Below, in pieces: positions 1 through 16,400 of a DNA stretch of 64,000 bases (positions within the stretch are counted from its first letter, which is position 1; each line of letters begins with the position of its first letter). Both the position numbers and the translations under genes were made by a program. Source of the stretch: Blastocatellales bacterium (lineage in GTDB: Bacteria; Acidobacteriota; Blastocatellia; RBC074); assembly GCA_050249535.1 (NCBI GenBank), contig JBFWQI010000002.1:78379-142378 (forward strand), read 5' to 3'. Under the pieces are notes generated by a model that was given only the letters and a program-made list of their open reading frames with translations, had not been told where the DNA came from and did not search any database.

Positions 1-1827
1 CGTTACCGGGACTTCGCTGCCCCAGATGGCCGACGGCGTCCCGACCCTGATGCGCCTGCCGACAGGATTCTCGCCGGGGAAGAATTGGCGTGCGAACGAT
101 TCGTTGATGACCAGAACGCCGTTGCCTCCCGCTTCATCGCGGGCGGCGAACTCCCTGCCCGAGACGAGCCCGATCCCCATCGACTGAAAATATCCGTCGG
201 AGACGATCCTCAGCCACGCGCTGGTCGATTCGCCCGAGCGAGTCGCCGGTCGCCCCTCGATCTCGAAACTGTCGATCCAGTTCGCCTCCAGCGGATTGTC
301 GTAGGCGAGCGCGACCGATTGGATCCCCGGCAGAGACCTCACCCCGGCCGTCAGCCTCGAGTAGAAATCGGCGATCTGAACGATGCCCGAGTATCGCGTC
401 GAGGGAAGCTCGAGCTCGGCCACCAGAATTCGATCGGGCAAAAACCCCGGCTCGACACGCTGAATCCTGCGATAACTTTCAACCAGCAGAGCGGCTCCGA
501 TCACGAGCACTGCCGAGAGGCAGATCTGGGCGACGACCAGAAACCCGCGAAATCTCTGATGCCCTCCGCCGTCCGCCCCGCGACCGCCATGACCGAGCCA
601 TCTGCCGGAATCGACCGCAGAGGCGCGCCATGCCGGGACGACCGTGAAAAACAGCCCCGTCGCCAGCGACAAGAGCAGCCCGCAGGCGAGCGCCGTACGA
701 TCGATCTCGATCTCATCCAGCCGCGGCACGTTTCCGGGCACAAGCTGGAGCAGCGCATCCAGGCCGAAAGCAGCGATCCAGATTCCGAGCAGGCCGCCGA
801 GGATCGAGATCAGAAGTCCCTCGATCAAAAACTGCCTGATCAAACGGCCTCTGCCGGCACCGAGAGCCGTCCTGATCGCAATCTCGCGCCGCCTGTCGGC
901 GAACCGCGAGAGCAGCAGGCCGGCGATGTTGGCGCAAGCGATCAGCAGCACAACCAGAACCGCGCCGAAGAGCATCGTCAGAGCAGGCCTGATGTCTCCG
1001 TATATTTCATCGCGCAGCGGGCTGACTGTGGCGCTCTCACCCTCATTGAACTGCGGAAAGTCGCGGGCCAGTTGCTCCGCCAGACGGCTCATCTCAGCCT
1101 GCGCGGAGTCGATCGAGATTTCGTTCTTCAGCCTGCCGATCACGCCCCAGACGTGCGACCGGCGGTTGTTCCGCATCCCGGCGGTTTCGATCAGCGGTAT
1201 CCAGAACTGCTGCTGACCGCGATCGAACGAGAACCTGCCGGTCGTCGACGGCCACGTCGGATAGAGCCCCGCCCGGACGATGCCTCTGACGATGTACGAT
1301 TCGCCGTCGAGCGTGACTGGCTTGCCCTCGATGGCGGGATCGCCATTGAATCTCGACTGCCAGACGGACTGGCTCAAAATCACGACGCGCGTGCTTCCCG
1401 CGTCGTGGTCCGATTTCAGGAACGTCCGCCCGAGTACCGGCTTCACGTCGAGCAGCTCGAAATAGTCCGCGCTGACAACCGCGCCTCGGAGCTGTTGCGG
1501 GTCGCCCACTCCGGTCAGCGTTCTGGCGGACGAACCGAAAGCAGCCAGCTTTTCGAACGACCGGCTCCGCTCCTTCCAGTCGAAGAAATTTCCGGGCGCC
1601 ACGCGAAATCTGCTCTGTTCGCCATCCGGCACCTTCTCCCAGACCGCGACGATCCGCGCCGAATCGCTGAATCCGAGCGGCTTCAGCAGGACGACATTCA
1701 TGATCGAGAAGATCGCTGTCGTCGCGCCGATCGCCAGCCCCATCGTCAGTATCGCAATCAGTGTGAATCCCGGCGTCTTGCGCAACATCCTGATCCCGAA
1801 CCTGATATCCTGTCTGATTTCGGTCAT
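1..1827 (-). CDS. ABC transporter permease, FtsX/MacB-like (Acidobacteria-type duplicated orphan permease, ADOP). N-terminal ~609 codons are present; the C-terminus runs off the window start
   Basis: The minus-strand frame starting at ATG 1827-1825 reads [51 protein letters not shown]..., then [30 protein letters not shown] and an FtsX-type TM block. The frame stays open to position 1. It is absent from the ORF track because there is no stop in the window. The listed 85..1887(+) ORF is its antisense shadow. Confidence 0.8.
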   Translation of the reverse strand, partial: MTEIRQDIRFGIRMLRKTPGFTLIAILTMGLAIGATTAIFSIMNVVLLKPLGFSDSARIVAVWEKVPDGEQSRFRVAPGNFFDWKERSRSFEKLAAFGSSARTLTGVGDPQQLRGAVVSADYFELLDVKPVLGRTFLKSDHDAGSTRVVILSQSVWQSRFNGDPAIEGKPVTLDGESYIVRGIVRAGLYPTWPSTTGRFSFDRGQQQFWIPLIETAGMRNNRRSHVWGVIGRLKNEISIDSAQAEMSRLAEQLARDFPQFNEGESATVSPLRDEIYGDIRPALTMLFGAVLVVLLIACANIAGLLLSRFADRRREIAIRTALGAGRGRLIRQFLIEGLLISILGGLLGIWIAAFGLDALLQLVPGNVPRLDEIEIDRTALACGLLLSLATGLFFTVVPAWRASAVDSGRWLGHGGRGADGGGHQRFRGFLVVAQICLSAVLVIGAALLVESYRRIQRVEPGFLPDRILVAELELPSTRYSGIVQIADFYSRLTAGVRSLPGIQSVALAYDNPLEANWIDSFEIEGRPATRSGESTSAWLRIVSDGYFQSMGIGLVSGREFAARDEAGGNGVLVINESFARQFFPGENPVGRRIRVGTPSAIWGSEVPVT

Positions 1828-2010
1828 CACCCGGCTCCCCTTCGGATATGTAAATTTGCAAAAGCCCGTGCCTCGGGTTATCAATGATTCCTGAAATTCA
1901 CGTGCCACTCGTGATGTGAATCCAAATACTGTAAAAATTCAGGTTACGAGATCGATTGCCGATCGGGACGACGGCCGGGCGTCCGTTTCCGGGAAAACCT
2001 GATCCTGAAA

Positions 2011-2640
2011 ATGGGACAGAAAACAGAGAACAGACACATGAGACGACGGACCATATTCGATTCACCGGTGATTGCAGGGACTATGCGCGCGCTCTCGCTG
2101 CTGATCTCGAGGCTTGCGGGGTGGGAGATAGTCGGTCCGCTGCCCGAGGCGAGAAAATATGTGCTCATCGCGGCTCCTCACACCTCGAACTGGGACTTCC
2201 CAGTCATGCTGATGGCGGCATTCGGGCTCCGCGTGAAGGCATACTGGATCGGGAAGAACAGCCTGTTCAAGGCTCCGCACGGGCGATTCTTCCGCTGGCT
2301 GGGCGGAATCCCAGTCGACAGGTCGGGGTCGCAGAATATGGTCAGTCAGACGACCGAGATCTTCAGCCAGCGGGACGAACTGCTGCTGGCGATCGCTCCG
2401 GAAGGGACGCGGAGCAAGGTCAGCGCGTGGAAGACGGGATTCTATTACATCGCGCTCGGAGCCGGAGTGCCGATCGTTTTCGGCTTCATCGACTACGGCC
2501 GTAAACGAACCGGCATCGGCCCGTCACTGATGCCGACCGGAGACATCGATGCGGATATGAAGATCATCCGCGCCTTCTATGCCGACATCCGCGGCCTGCA
2601 CCACGATCAGACCGGCGAGATCGAGATCCAGAGAAGATAG
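2011..2640 (+). CDS. Lysophospholipid (1-acyl-sn-glycerol-3-phosphate) acyltransferase family protein
   Basis: An HX4D acyltransferase motif ([10 protein letters not shown]) and an EGTR block (IAPEGTRS) are present. The true start may be one of the internal Met codons. Confidence 0.7.
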   Translation: MGQKTENRHMRRRTIFDSPVIAGTMRALSLLISRLAGWEIVGPLPEARKYVLIAAPHTSNWDFPVMLMAAFGLRVKAYWIGKNSLFKAPHGRFFRWLGGIPVDRSGSQNMVSQTTEIFSQRDELLLAIAPEGTRSKVSAWKTGFYYIALGAGVPIVFGFIDYGRKRTGIGPSLMPTGDIDADMKIIRAFYADIRGLHHDQTGEIEIQRR

Positions 2641-2642
2641 AC

Positions 2643-3629
2643 TTACAGATCCACCTCGATGCCGAGTCCAAGTTCGATCGCACGGCGATGGATGATGTCT
2701 GCCAGTGCAACATCCTGAGCGGCATTCCCCACCGACTTGAAATAAGTGATTTCATCTTCCGACGTCCGGCCGGGTTTCGAGCCCGCGGCGATCTGGCCGA
2801 TCTCGTCGCGAATGTCATCGACTGAAATGACGCCGGCATCGATCGCCTGGATCAGATCGCCGGCCTCGTGCATGGCGGCCGGAATCGAATCGACGACGAT
2901 CCGGGCCGAGCGTCGGACCGTTGCGAAATCGATCTCCTGCATCTGAGGCGTGAACGAACCGACGGCGTTGACGTGAGTCCCGGGCCTGAGATCCTCACCA
3001 TCGAAGACGGGAGTCTCAGAGGTTGTCGCCGTGCAGACGACATCGGCCTCGCGAACGGCTTCCGACGCGGAACCGGCCGCGATCAGCTCGACCCGACCGT
3101 CGATCCGATCATGCATACGACCGATGAAATTCTCCACCCCGTCGCGCCTGCGGGCGTACACGAATACCCGCTCGATCGGCCTGACCGCGAGCACGGCGCT
3201 CAACTGTGTCGCTGCCTGAATGCCGGCGCCGAACAGGGCGAGCGTTGAGGAATCGCTCCTCGCCAGCAGATCCGTCGCCAGCCCGCTTGCGGCGCCGGTT
3301 CGAATCGCCGTCAGCGAACGCCCGTCGATGACCGCGAGCGTTCGACCGGTCGCCGCATCGATCAACAATACGATGCCGTATATCAGCGGCAGCCCTTTTT
3401 CCGGATTCCCCGGTCTGAGTGAGACGATCTTGGTCGCCAGAGCATCGATCCCGCCCAGATACCCCGGCATGATTAACGTCTGGCCCTCATGACGTCCCGG
3501 CACGATCACCTGACGGATCGGCACATCCGCCCGGCCTGTCGACAGATCGATGAAGGCGGCCCTCATTGCCTCGATCGCCTCGCGCATCGAGACCGCACGG
3601 TTTACCACTGATTCCGAAATTATCTGCAA
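2643..3629 (-). CDS. Ornithine cyclodeaminase/mu-crystallin family protein
   Basis: Rossmann-like GAGIQA motif and global similarity to OCD/mu-crystallin. The gene sits back-to-back with the acyltransferase. Confidence 0.85.
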   Translation of the reverse strand: MQIISESVVNRAVSMREAIEAMRAAFIDLSTGRADVPIRQVIVPGRHEGQTLIMPGYLGGIDALATKIVSLRPGNPEKGLPLIYGIVLLIDAATGRTLAVIDGRSLTAIRTGAASGLATDLLARSDSSTLALFGAGIQAATQLSAVLAVRPIERVFVYARRRDGVENFIGRMHDRIDGRVELIAAGSASEAVREADVVCTATTSETPVFDGEDLRPGTHVNAVGSFTPQMQEIDFATVRRSARIVVDSIPAAMHEAGDLIQAIDAGVISVDDIRDEIGQIAAGSKPGRTSEDEITYFKSVGNAAQDVALADIIHRRAIELGLGIEVDL

Positions 3630-3679
3630 GATTCACTCTCCTTTAACGTGATCGATTCCTCACGATTATACGCGCACCC

Positions 3680-3717
<38 letters not shown>

Positions 3718-5310
3718 ATGATTTATGCCGCCATTGACATCGGCTCAAATTCGATTCACCACGTTGTGGTCGAGATCGGCCCGAAACATCAGTTCCGCGT
3801 ACTGGCTCGCGACAAGGAGGTTGTTCGGCTGGGCCGCAGCGTCGCCCGCGACGGCAAGCTCTCTGCGACGGCCATCAAACGCGCGGTGGAGTGCCTCAAA
3901 CGATACCGTCAGCGCGCTGAAAAGTACGGCGCGGAGGATGTGATCGCGGTCGCGACGAGCGCCGTGCGCGAGGCATCCAACCGGCATGAATTTCTGACCC
4001 GCGCGGCGGATGATGCCGGCGTTCACGTCGAGCTGCTGTCGGGAACCGAAGAGGCCCGCCTGATCGCGCTGGCAGCCTCGGCGCGATACGAACAGAACCT
4101 GAGCAGAGAGCGCCTTCGCAACCGCCGGCTGCTGGTGATCGACATCGGCGGCGGAAGCACCGAACTGGCCATCGTCCAGAACGGCGAACCGGTGACGCTG
4201 ATCTCGTTCAAGCTGGGAGCAGTCAGGCTGACCGAGATGTTCGTCAACAGCGACCCGCCGTCCGAGAAGCAGTTGCGACGCCTGCGGGCCGAGCTGCGAC
4301 AGGTCCTCAAACCGAGATCCCGCGAGATAATCGAGGCTGGATTCGACGACTGTTACGGCACATCCGGAACCATCAACGCGCTCGGCGGCATGATCCTGCG
4401 ACGCCATCTGGCCGAGATGAAGGGGCGACGGCAGGCGGCGACAGATGCCGCGGCCGAGCAGAGCTTCAGGGTCGATGAGCTCAGAGAGATCAACCGCGAG
4501 CTGTCGGGAATGACGATCGACGAACGGGTCAAGGTGCCGGGGCTGAACAAAACGCGCGCCGAGATCATCATCGCGGGTGGTCAGTTGCTCGAAGCGATCA
4601 TGGAGATCATGGAGGTCGAGCAGCTCTCGCTCTGCGACTGGGCTCTGCGCGAAGGCATCCTCATCTCGCGGCTCATCCGCCACTCCGGCCCGATCACGAC
4701 TTCGCCGGCCGGGCTCGAAAAGGACCCGAGTCTGCGCGGTGCGCTCTTGCTGGCCGAACATTACAACGCCGACATGAAACACGCTCTGCGCGTGGCCTAT
4801 CTGTCGCAGCAGATGTTCGATGCGCTGCTGCCGCTGCATCTGCTCGGCGGCGAACACCGGCGTCTGCTCTCAGCCGCCGCACTGCTTCACGACGTCGGCT
4901 ACCTCGTCTCGCACACCGGTCACCATAAACATTCCGCCTATCTCATCCATCACGGCGAGCTGGCCGGATTCATGGCATCGGAGGTGGCGATCATCGCCAA
5001 CCTCGCCCGTTATCACCGGAGTTCGATGCCGAAAGCTAAACACCCTTATTTCGCGGCCCTCGGCGAAGACGACCGCGTGATCGTCCGCAAACTAGCCGCC
5101 ATTCTGCGGATCACCGATGCCCTCGACCGCGATCATCAGGGAAATATCCAGAGAATCGAGTGCGAACTCGGAGAAGACAAGATCATCCTCAATGCGGTCT
5201 GTTCGAAGGAGAGCGACGCGGATCTGTGGAGGATCGACGAAAGAAGCGATCTCTTCAGGGAAGTCTACGGCAGGAAGATCGAACTGAAACTTAAGATGAA
5301 CGATGAATGA
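3718..5310 (+). CDS. ppx: Exopolyphosphatase / guanosine pentaphosphate phosphohydrolase (Ppx/GppA) with a C-terminal HD domain
   Basis: The N-terminus [17 protein letters not shown] is an actin-like ATPase fold typical of Ppx/GppA. The C-terminus carries [22 protein letters not shown], an HD motif. Confidence 0.9.
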   Translation: MIYAAIDIGSNSIHHVVVEIGPKHQFRVLARDKEVVRLGRSVARDGKLSATAIKRAVECLKRYRQRAEKYGAEDVIAVATSAVREASNRHEFLTRAADDAGVHVELLSGTEEARLIALAASARYEQNLSRERLRNRRLLVIDIGGGSTELAIVQNGEPVTLISFKLGAVRLTEMFVNSDPPSEKQLRRLRAELRQVLKPRSREIIEAGFDDCYGTSGTINALGGMILRRHLAEMKGRRQAATDAAAEQSFRVDELREINRELSGMTIDERVKVPGLNKTRAEIIIAGGQLLEAIMEIMEVEQLSLCDWALREGILISRLIRHSGPITTSPAGLEKDPSLRGALLLAEHYNADMKHALRVAYLSQQMFDALLPLHLLGGEHRRLLSAAALLHDVGYLVSHTGHHKHSAYLIHHGELAGFMASEVAIIANLARYHRSSMPKAKHPYFAALGEDDRVIVRKLAAILRITDALDRDHQGNIQRIECELGEDKIILNAVCSKESDADLWRIDERSDLFREVYGRKIELKLKMNDE

Positions 5311-5341
5311 CGAATCGAACTGAATCGATTCGTCATTCATC
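5302..5341. terminator. Perfect 17-bp inverted repeat hairpin between convergent ppx and Gfo/Idh/MocA genes
   Basis: GATGAATGACGAATCGA-actgaa-TCGATTCGTCATTCATC. It overlaps the ppx stop codon. There is no clear U-tract, so intrinsic termination is uncertain. Confidence 0.4.
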
Positions 5342-5361
5342 GTTCGCGGTTGACCGTTCTC

Positions 5362-6879
<1,518 letters not shown>

Positions 6880-6977
6880 TGTTGTCCTCCATTGCTGTTG
6901 ATCGGTATCAGGTCAGACTGAAGAATTAGTATGCAACTACGGATAGTCAGATGGCAAATTACCGCATGCTGTTCCGC

Positions 6978-7061
6978 ATGGAGTGCCGTCTTCAGACGGG
7001 CCGTGCATTGGTGAAATCTGCGATTGAGCAGCCAACGACCCGTCTGAAGACGGTACTCCAT
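6978..7061. other. Large intergenic hairpin: a ~24-bp stem with one mismatch and a ~38-nt loop
   Basis: gcATGGAGTgCCGTCTTCAGACGGG ... CCCGTCTGAAGACGGTaCTCCATac read directly. It lies in the 480-bp gap upstream of the HAD gene. Confidence 0.5.
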
Positions 7062-7362
7062 ACGGGATTTCATTAATACATATTCGTTGTTTTTTACGAA
7101 CAAATGAACAATTTTGTCCGGATTGAAGACGCTTCGGCCACTACCGGGAGGCCCGCATCAATCGCTAAACCACTCATAAAAGGGGAATTACAGCCCAAAA
7201 CACAAAGATGGCATCGGACTTGCCTTAATGATCGACGGGTAACGATCGTATCTCAACAAAGATTTAAGATCGATTGAACCTGCACTTAAGGTCAATCGCC
7301 CATCATGGATGAGGCAAAGAAAAAAGTTCCCCGGCAAAGGGGACGGGAGAAGGAAGGAAGTA

Positions 7363-8187
7363 ATGAAGCATTATCTTTTTGCGAGTGATTTCGATCAGAC
7401 GCTGAGTTTCAACGATTCTGGGAAGGTGTTGAGCGAGCTGCTCGGGGCGTCAGATTTCGAGGAGAAGGTCCGGGGGCTGGCGCGAATCAATCTGGTGCAG
7501 CAGGGTGGAGAGCTGTCGTATCTGCTGCTTCACGACCCGGAGTACCGGAAGGTTCGGCGGGAGCATCTGATCGAGGCGGGCAGGCAGATCCGCCTGAAAC
7601 GGAACATCGAACTGCTGCCTGAGCTGCTGGCCGACGGGATCGGGGGAAACAGTTTTTCGTTCTATGTCATCTCGGCGGCGCCCGAGGAAGTGATCATGTC
7701 GGCGCTCGACGGGATCGTGCCGCCCGAGAACATCTACGCGACACGATTCAGGTATCACCCGACATCCGGAGAGATCGCGTCGATCGAGCGCGTCCCCGCG
7801 GGTTACGGCAAGGTGGCGGTGCTCGACGATCTGCAGGCCCGGCTTCAGATCAGCTCGGACCGGATCATTTACGTCGGCGACGGAAGTTCGGATGTCCACG
7901 TCATGCTGCACGTCAACCGGCGGGACGGGTACACGATCGCGGTCTCGGAAAACCCGTACATCACTCCGATCGCGCGCCGCTCGATCTTGAGCGACGACGC
8001 GCTGAGTCCGCTGATTCCAGTCATGGAAGACATCATCGGGATGAGGGACCCGGGCGCGATCCGGTCCTACTTCGAACCGCACGGGTTGCAGATCCAGGAA
8101 TGGAGCAAGGTCACGACCGACTGGCTGACGATCAGCGAGAGCAAGGGCGTCTCCGATGCAATGCAGAAGGAGGCCGTCAATGCCTGA
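7363..8187 (+). CDS. HAD-superfamily hydrolase (phosphatase)
   Basis: Motif [10 protein letters not shown] (DxDxT) and motif IV VGDGSSD. The start is moved to ATG 7363 behind an AGGAAGG ribosome-binding site. The track's 7309 start looks upstream of the RBS. Confidence 0.8.
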   Translation: MKHYLFASDFDQTLSFNDSGKVLSELLGASDFEEKVRGLARINLVQQGGELSYLLLHDPEYRKVRREHLIEAGRQIRLKRNIELLPELLADGIGGNSFSFYVISAAPEEVIMSALDGIVPPENIYATRFRYHPTSGEIASIERVPAGYGKVAVLDDLQARLQISSDRIIYVGDGSSDVHVMLHVNRRDGYTIAVSENPYITPIARRSILSDDALSPLIPVMEDIIGMRDPGAIRSYFEPHGLQIQEWSKVTTDWLTISESKGVSDAMQKEAVNA

Positions 8188-8434
8188 CTGGATCGGATGG
8201 ATCGCCACGACCGTCTTCGCGGCGTCCTATTTCTGCCGCGAACCGTTGAAGCTGAGACTGACCCAGGCGACTGCGGCGCTGCTCTGGCTCGGATACGGGA
8301 TCATGATCATGGCGCCTCCGGTCATCGCCTCGAACATCATCGTCGCGGGACTGGCCATCGCCTCGGCTCTCAAGCCGAAAAGCTTTCAGACGTTCCTGAA
8401 TAACAAGCCCCGCAAAAAAGACGAAGAGATCTAA
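8180..8434 (+). CDS. Small hydrophobic membrane protein (~84 aa, two predicted TM helices), hypothetical
   Basis: [18 protein letters not shown]...[12 protein letters not shown]. Its ATG overlaps the HAD stop (ATGCCTGA), suggesting translational coupling. Confidence 0.5.
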   Translation: MPDWIGWIATTVFAASYFCREPLKLRLTQATAALLWLGYGIMIMAPPVIASNIIVAGLAIASALKPKSFQTFLNNKPRKKDEEI

Positions 8435-8652
8435 CCGCAAAGGGCGCAGAGGGAGCAAAGAAGGATCTGCCGCAAAGGCTGCAAAGGTGGCAAAGATCAT
8501 AATTGGAATCAATGTTCGGGAAAATTCCAATTGGCAATACTCCGGATATTTATATCAATGATACTCTTTGCCACCTCTGCGGTCTTTGCGGCTGATTCTC
8601 CTTTGCCACCTCTGCGGCCTTTGCGGCTGATTCTCCTTTGCGATCTTTGCGG
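8435..8652. repeat. Dyad-symmetric repeat complex: two inverted and 2.5 direct copies of a 35-bp unit around a central AATTGGAAT...ATTCCAATT hairpin. It exactly fills the gap between two convergent genes
   Basis: Direct units CTTTGCCACCTCTGCGG(T/C)CTTTGCGGCTGATTCTC at 8566-8600 and 8601-8635, and a partial third unit. Imperfect inverted copies lie at 8435-8495. Confidence 0.7.
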
Positions 8653-10638
<1,986 letters not shown>

Positions 10639-10640
10639 TC

Positions 10641-11111
10641 TCAGTCTTCTCCCGTTTCATCCTGCAACCGCCGCAGCATCAGCTTCAACAAGTCATGCCG
10701 CGAAATCATCCCGACAGGCACCGAATCACGGACTACCGGAATGCGGTTGACGTCATACTTGAGCATGAGGGCGATCGCCGCATCGATCGGCTCGTCCTCG
10801 GTCACAGTCGCCACGGACCGACTCATGATCTCGCGCGCCTTCATGCTGCGCGCGGCTTCATAGATCCGATCGACACCTTCCTGACTCACCCATCTGCCGA
10901 ATAATTGCGGCGCGCGAAAGGTCGAAAACGGCAACCCCTTCTCCTTCGCAGAAAAATCCGATTCGGTGACCACCCCGCATAGCCGCCCGTTCTTGTCGAC
11001 CACCGGAACGCACCCGATATTCTTCTCCAACATCAATCCGGCTATGGATTCGAGCGTCATATCCTCATCTACCACTATCACCGGCTTAGTCATGAATTCC
11101 CTGATAATCAT
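10641..11111 (-). CDS. CBS domain pair protein
   Basis: Two CBS motifs: [20 protein letters not shown] and [20 protein letters not shown]. It lies 2 bp upstream of the dehydratase start, consistent with an operon. Confidence 0.8.
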   Translation of the reverse strand: MIIREFMTKPVIVVDEDMTLESIAGLMLEKNIGCVPVVDKNGRLCGVVTESDFSAKEKGLPFSTFRAPQLFGRWVSQEGVDRIYEAARSMKAREIMSRSVATVTEDEPIDAAIALMLKYDVNRIPVVRDSVPVGMISRHDLLKLMLRRLQDETGED

Positions 11112-11147
11112 CTCTCGTCACCCTTCTCACTTGTAAAAAGCGGCGCA

Positions 11148-12134
<987 letters not shown>

Positions 12135-12311
12135 TCCACATCCCGTTGTTCGATTCCACCGTTTATCCGATTATCGTTCATTGTTCCCCGACAGACCTCC
12201 TCCAATCAAGACCGCTGACGGATTCCTTGATCTTCACGGCCCCCTGCTGTATGGTTTGACCAATTGACACTCCGCAATTTTTGAAACAACACGACCATTG
12301 GAGGCAAAATT

Positions 12312-13157
<846 letters not shown>

Positions 13158-13186
13158 TCAAGAGCCACAAAGTTGGTTTATAAGCT

Positions 13187-13228
13187 GAGGCGTCAATCGA
13201 AACAATGACGCCTCACATTTTTATTCAA
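13187..13228 (+). terminator. Rho-independent terminator after the TIM-barrel gene
   Basis: TGAGGCGTCA-atcgaaacaa-TGACGCCTCA is a perfect 10-bp stem, followed by CATTTTTATTC. Confidence 0.65.
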
Positions 13229-13485
13229 TCTGTTCATTGTCTTCCCTGAAAAACCAAAACAGCCAATAATCGGGTCATGTTCGACAGTCAATCACCACCA
13301 ATTAATTTTGGTGGAGTGCGCGCCGATAACGATGCCGAGGACAGACAGTTCAAATTCGGGCAATCAAAGAACTGTTATGGACGGCGGCTGCATAACGGCA
13401 ATCAACCCAAAGAGCGCAGGCCGCCCGGTGCGGCTTTCAATGTGACAGGAATTTGCGGGACACAAACAAGGAGCTGTCTCAGAGC

Positions 13486-16400
13486 ATGATCACGAAGAAA
13501 CACCTGATCGCCGCCATCGTCTTCTTTCACTTCCTGCTGCTTCCCGCGCAGACGCAAACGCCGCTTTCGGCGTCTGACCGCCGCGCCAAAGAAGTAGGAC
13601 TGCCTTTTGTCACCTGGCTCAGCCCGCAAAAATACAATGGGCCTCCGCAGATCTTCGCAATCGCTCAGGATAATCGTGGTGTACTGTACCTCGGATTGGG
13701 CGACAGATTGATTGAATACGATGGCAACACGTGGCGGAGAATAGACACCCCACATAATGCCGTCATCCGGTCCATTGTCAAAGGACGCGACGGGCGTATG
13801 TTCGTGGGTGAAGTTGGAGATTTCGGCTACCTGCATCCCGACCAGCAGGGAGTCATGCGATTTGTTTCACTTCTCGAATTCGTCCCCAGAGAAGATCGCG
13901 AGTTCGAGAGCATCAACGGAATCCACGAAACACCGGAAGGCATTTACTTCCGCGCCCCTGAACGGCTTTTCCGTTTCACACCTGATGGACAGGGCTGGCG
14001 CGTCAAAAGCTGGAAGCTGAAAACCCCTATCAGTTTTTCGGCCTATGTTTTCGGCACGCTATATCTTGGCCTCGGCTCCGGACTGCATCGCTTGACTGGA
14101 GACGTTATCGAACCTTTGAACTGGCCCCGGTCGGGAGACCTGACCAGCGTCCAACGTCCGGCATTTATGCTGCCGTTCGAGGAAGCTCAGAATGGGAAGC
14201 CCGGACAAATTCTGTTTGGAAACAGACTTGGGAAACTGTTCCTGATGGATGAAAACGGCCTTCGTCCGTTTGTCACCGAGGCGGCTTCAATGCTCGAACG
14301 GTTGCGAATCACTAATGCCGTTAAACTCAGGGACGGATCATTTGGAGTAGGTACTTTAATGGGCGGTTTTCTGATTCTGGAACCGAATGGAAAAATTCGG
14401 CGGTATCTTTACCGCGAGGCGGGGATTGAATCAGATGGAGTGCTGACCGCAATGCAGGACCAGACCGGGATTGTCTGGCTGGGATTACAGAATGGCCTTG
14501 CGAAAGTCGAAATCGCCTCGCCCTTGTCCGAATTTGGTCGGGCAATGGGGTTCTCCGGAGCAGTGGTGGGTATGACCCGGTATCGTGGTGATTTATATGT
14601 TGCAACGATCACTGGCGGATTGTGGCGTCTGGACACGACAACGGGCAGGTTTCAATCCGTGACGGGATATCCTTTTCAGGAAGTGCTTGGCTTGCTGGCA
14701 TACAAAAACAGCCTTCTGGTCGGAGGAACCAGTTCCGGAGTGATCGAGATGACGGGCAACCGATTCAAAACAATCCCTCTGGTCAAGAGTAAAGATCAAA
14801 ACATCACTTTTCTTATAGCCTCACGATACGATGCGAACCGGGTCTGGGCCGGGGGAACCAATGGAGTTATTTCTCTCACCAGCACTGGCGAGGGGCGCTG
14901 GACGGATGAGGGAATCATCGCGTCGCTTCCCGTACCCCGTTCCATCGTCGAATCCGAGCCGGGAACAATGTGGGTTGGAATAGAGTCCGAGGGAGTGGCG
15001 CGCATTCGATGGCAAGGCAATTCACTCAATAACGTTAAAGTAGATCGTTTCGGTAAAGCGAACGGCCTGGCCGATGACGGCGGTGTAAGCGTTCATCAGA
15101 TAGACGGGCATGTGGTATTTGCTTCGCCCAGAGGCATACGCGAGTTTGACGAGGCCAGCGGGCGGTTTGTGGAATCGAAACTCTTTGGCGCGATTCCCAT
15201 AGGCGGATTGCCGGAAGAATATAACGTAAGCACGACCCCGCAAGGCGACATCTGGGTGAATTTCGGTGTCCGTCCGGTGTTGTTGCGACGGCAAGCAGAC
15301 GGCGCTTACAAGATGGACTCGAACCTGCTGGGGCGTATCGGCGATGGCACCGTGTCATGGATACACACCGATCAGGATGGCGTGTTGTGGATGGGAGGAA
15401 CTGATCGCATCATCCGTTACGACCCTACACAACCCATCAACCGTACGGTAGCGATTCAGACGCTGCTGCGCCGCGTAACAGCGGGTGAACAAGGCAATCT
15501 TCTGTTGTATGACGGTGGCGGCAACACAACGGGTAAAATACAAAACAGTCTGGCTTTTCAAAACAATTCGTTGCGTTTCGAGTTTTCCGCCGCCAGCCTG
15601 GAAGACCCTGAGCGCAATCAGTTTCGCTCGAGGCTGGAAGGATTCGACCATGACTGGTCAGCCTGGACGCGTGAAACACGTCGCGATTATACGAACCTGC
15701 CGCCGGGGCAATTCCGATTCAGGGTGCAGGTCATGAGCGCGTTGGGAATAGAAGGCGCCGAGGCTGAATACATGTTTGAAGTGCTGCCTCCGTGGTATCG
15801 GACGTGGTGGGCGTATGGCGCGTATGCATTATTACTGGCGTTGACGGGGATTGGCTCGCGACACTGGCTGGTCACCCACGAACGCGAAAAGGCACGGCGT
15901 CAAAAGGCTGAACTGGAAGCCACCGTAGCGGCACGCACAAAGGAGATCAGCGCACGCGCCGCTGAACTCGCCACCGTCAATCACATCACGCAGGCTCTTG
16001 CCAGCCAGCTCGATAAGGACGCGCTGATTCAACTTGTCGGCGAACAGGTACGCGATGTGTTTCAGGCATCGATTGCCTATGTTGCGCTGCTCAATCGCGC
16101 GACGATGATGGTTGAGTTTCCCTACCTGTATGGCGAAGAACTCGAACCGATCCCCTTCGGCGAAGGAATGGCTTCGCAAATCATTCGCTCCGGCAAGCCG
16201 CTGCTCATCAATCGCAACTTTGGCAGCAGCCGGGAGGAGATGGGCATCCGTTTACTGGGTCGCCAACCCGCGTCATACCTGGGTGTGCCGATTCGTGCGG
16301 GCGGCGAAGTCGTGGGTGTGATCAGCGTACAGGACATGGAAGTGGAAGGTCGCTTCACCGAAGCCGATCAGCGTTTGCTGTCGACTATCGCCACGGCGGT

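Noticed and set aside
85-1887. 600-aa plus-strand ORF in the track
   Set aside because: It is Arg/Pro-rich low-complexity translation. It is the antisense of the clearly recognisable MacB/ADOP-type permease on the minus strand and is a GC-bias shadow ORF.
13453-13485. Track-reported starts at 13453 (kinase), 7309 (HAD), 39863 (M24B) and 18211 (PP2C)
   Set aside because: These use TTG/GTG or upstream Met codons that lack an RBS, or they lie inside repeats. The internal ATGs with RBS or signal-peptide context (13486, 7363, 39776, 18268) are preferred.
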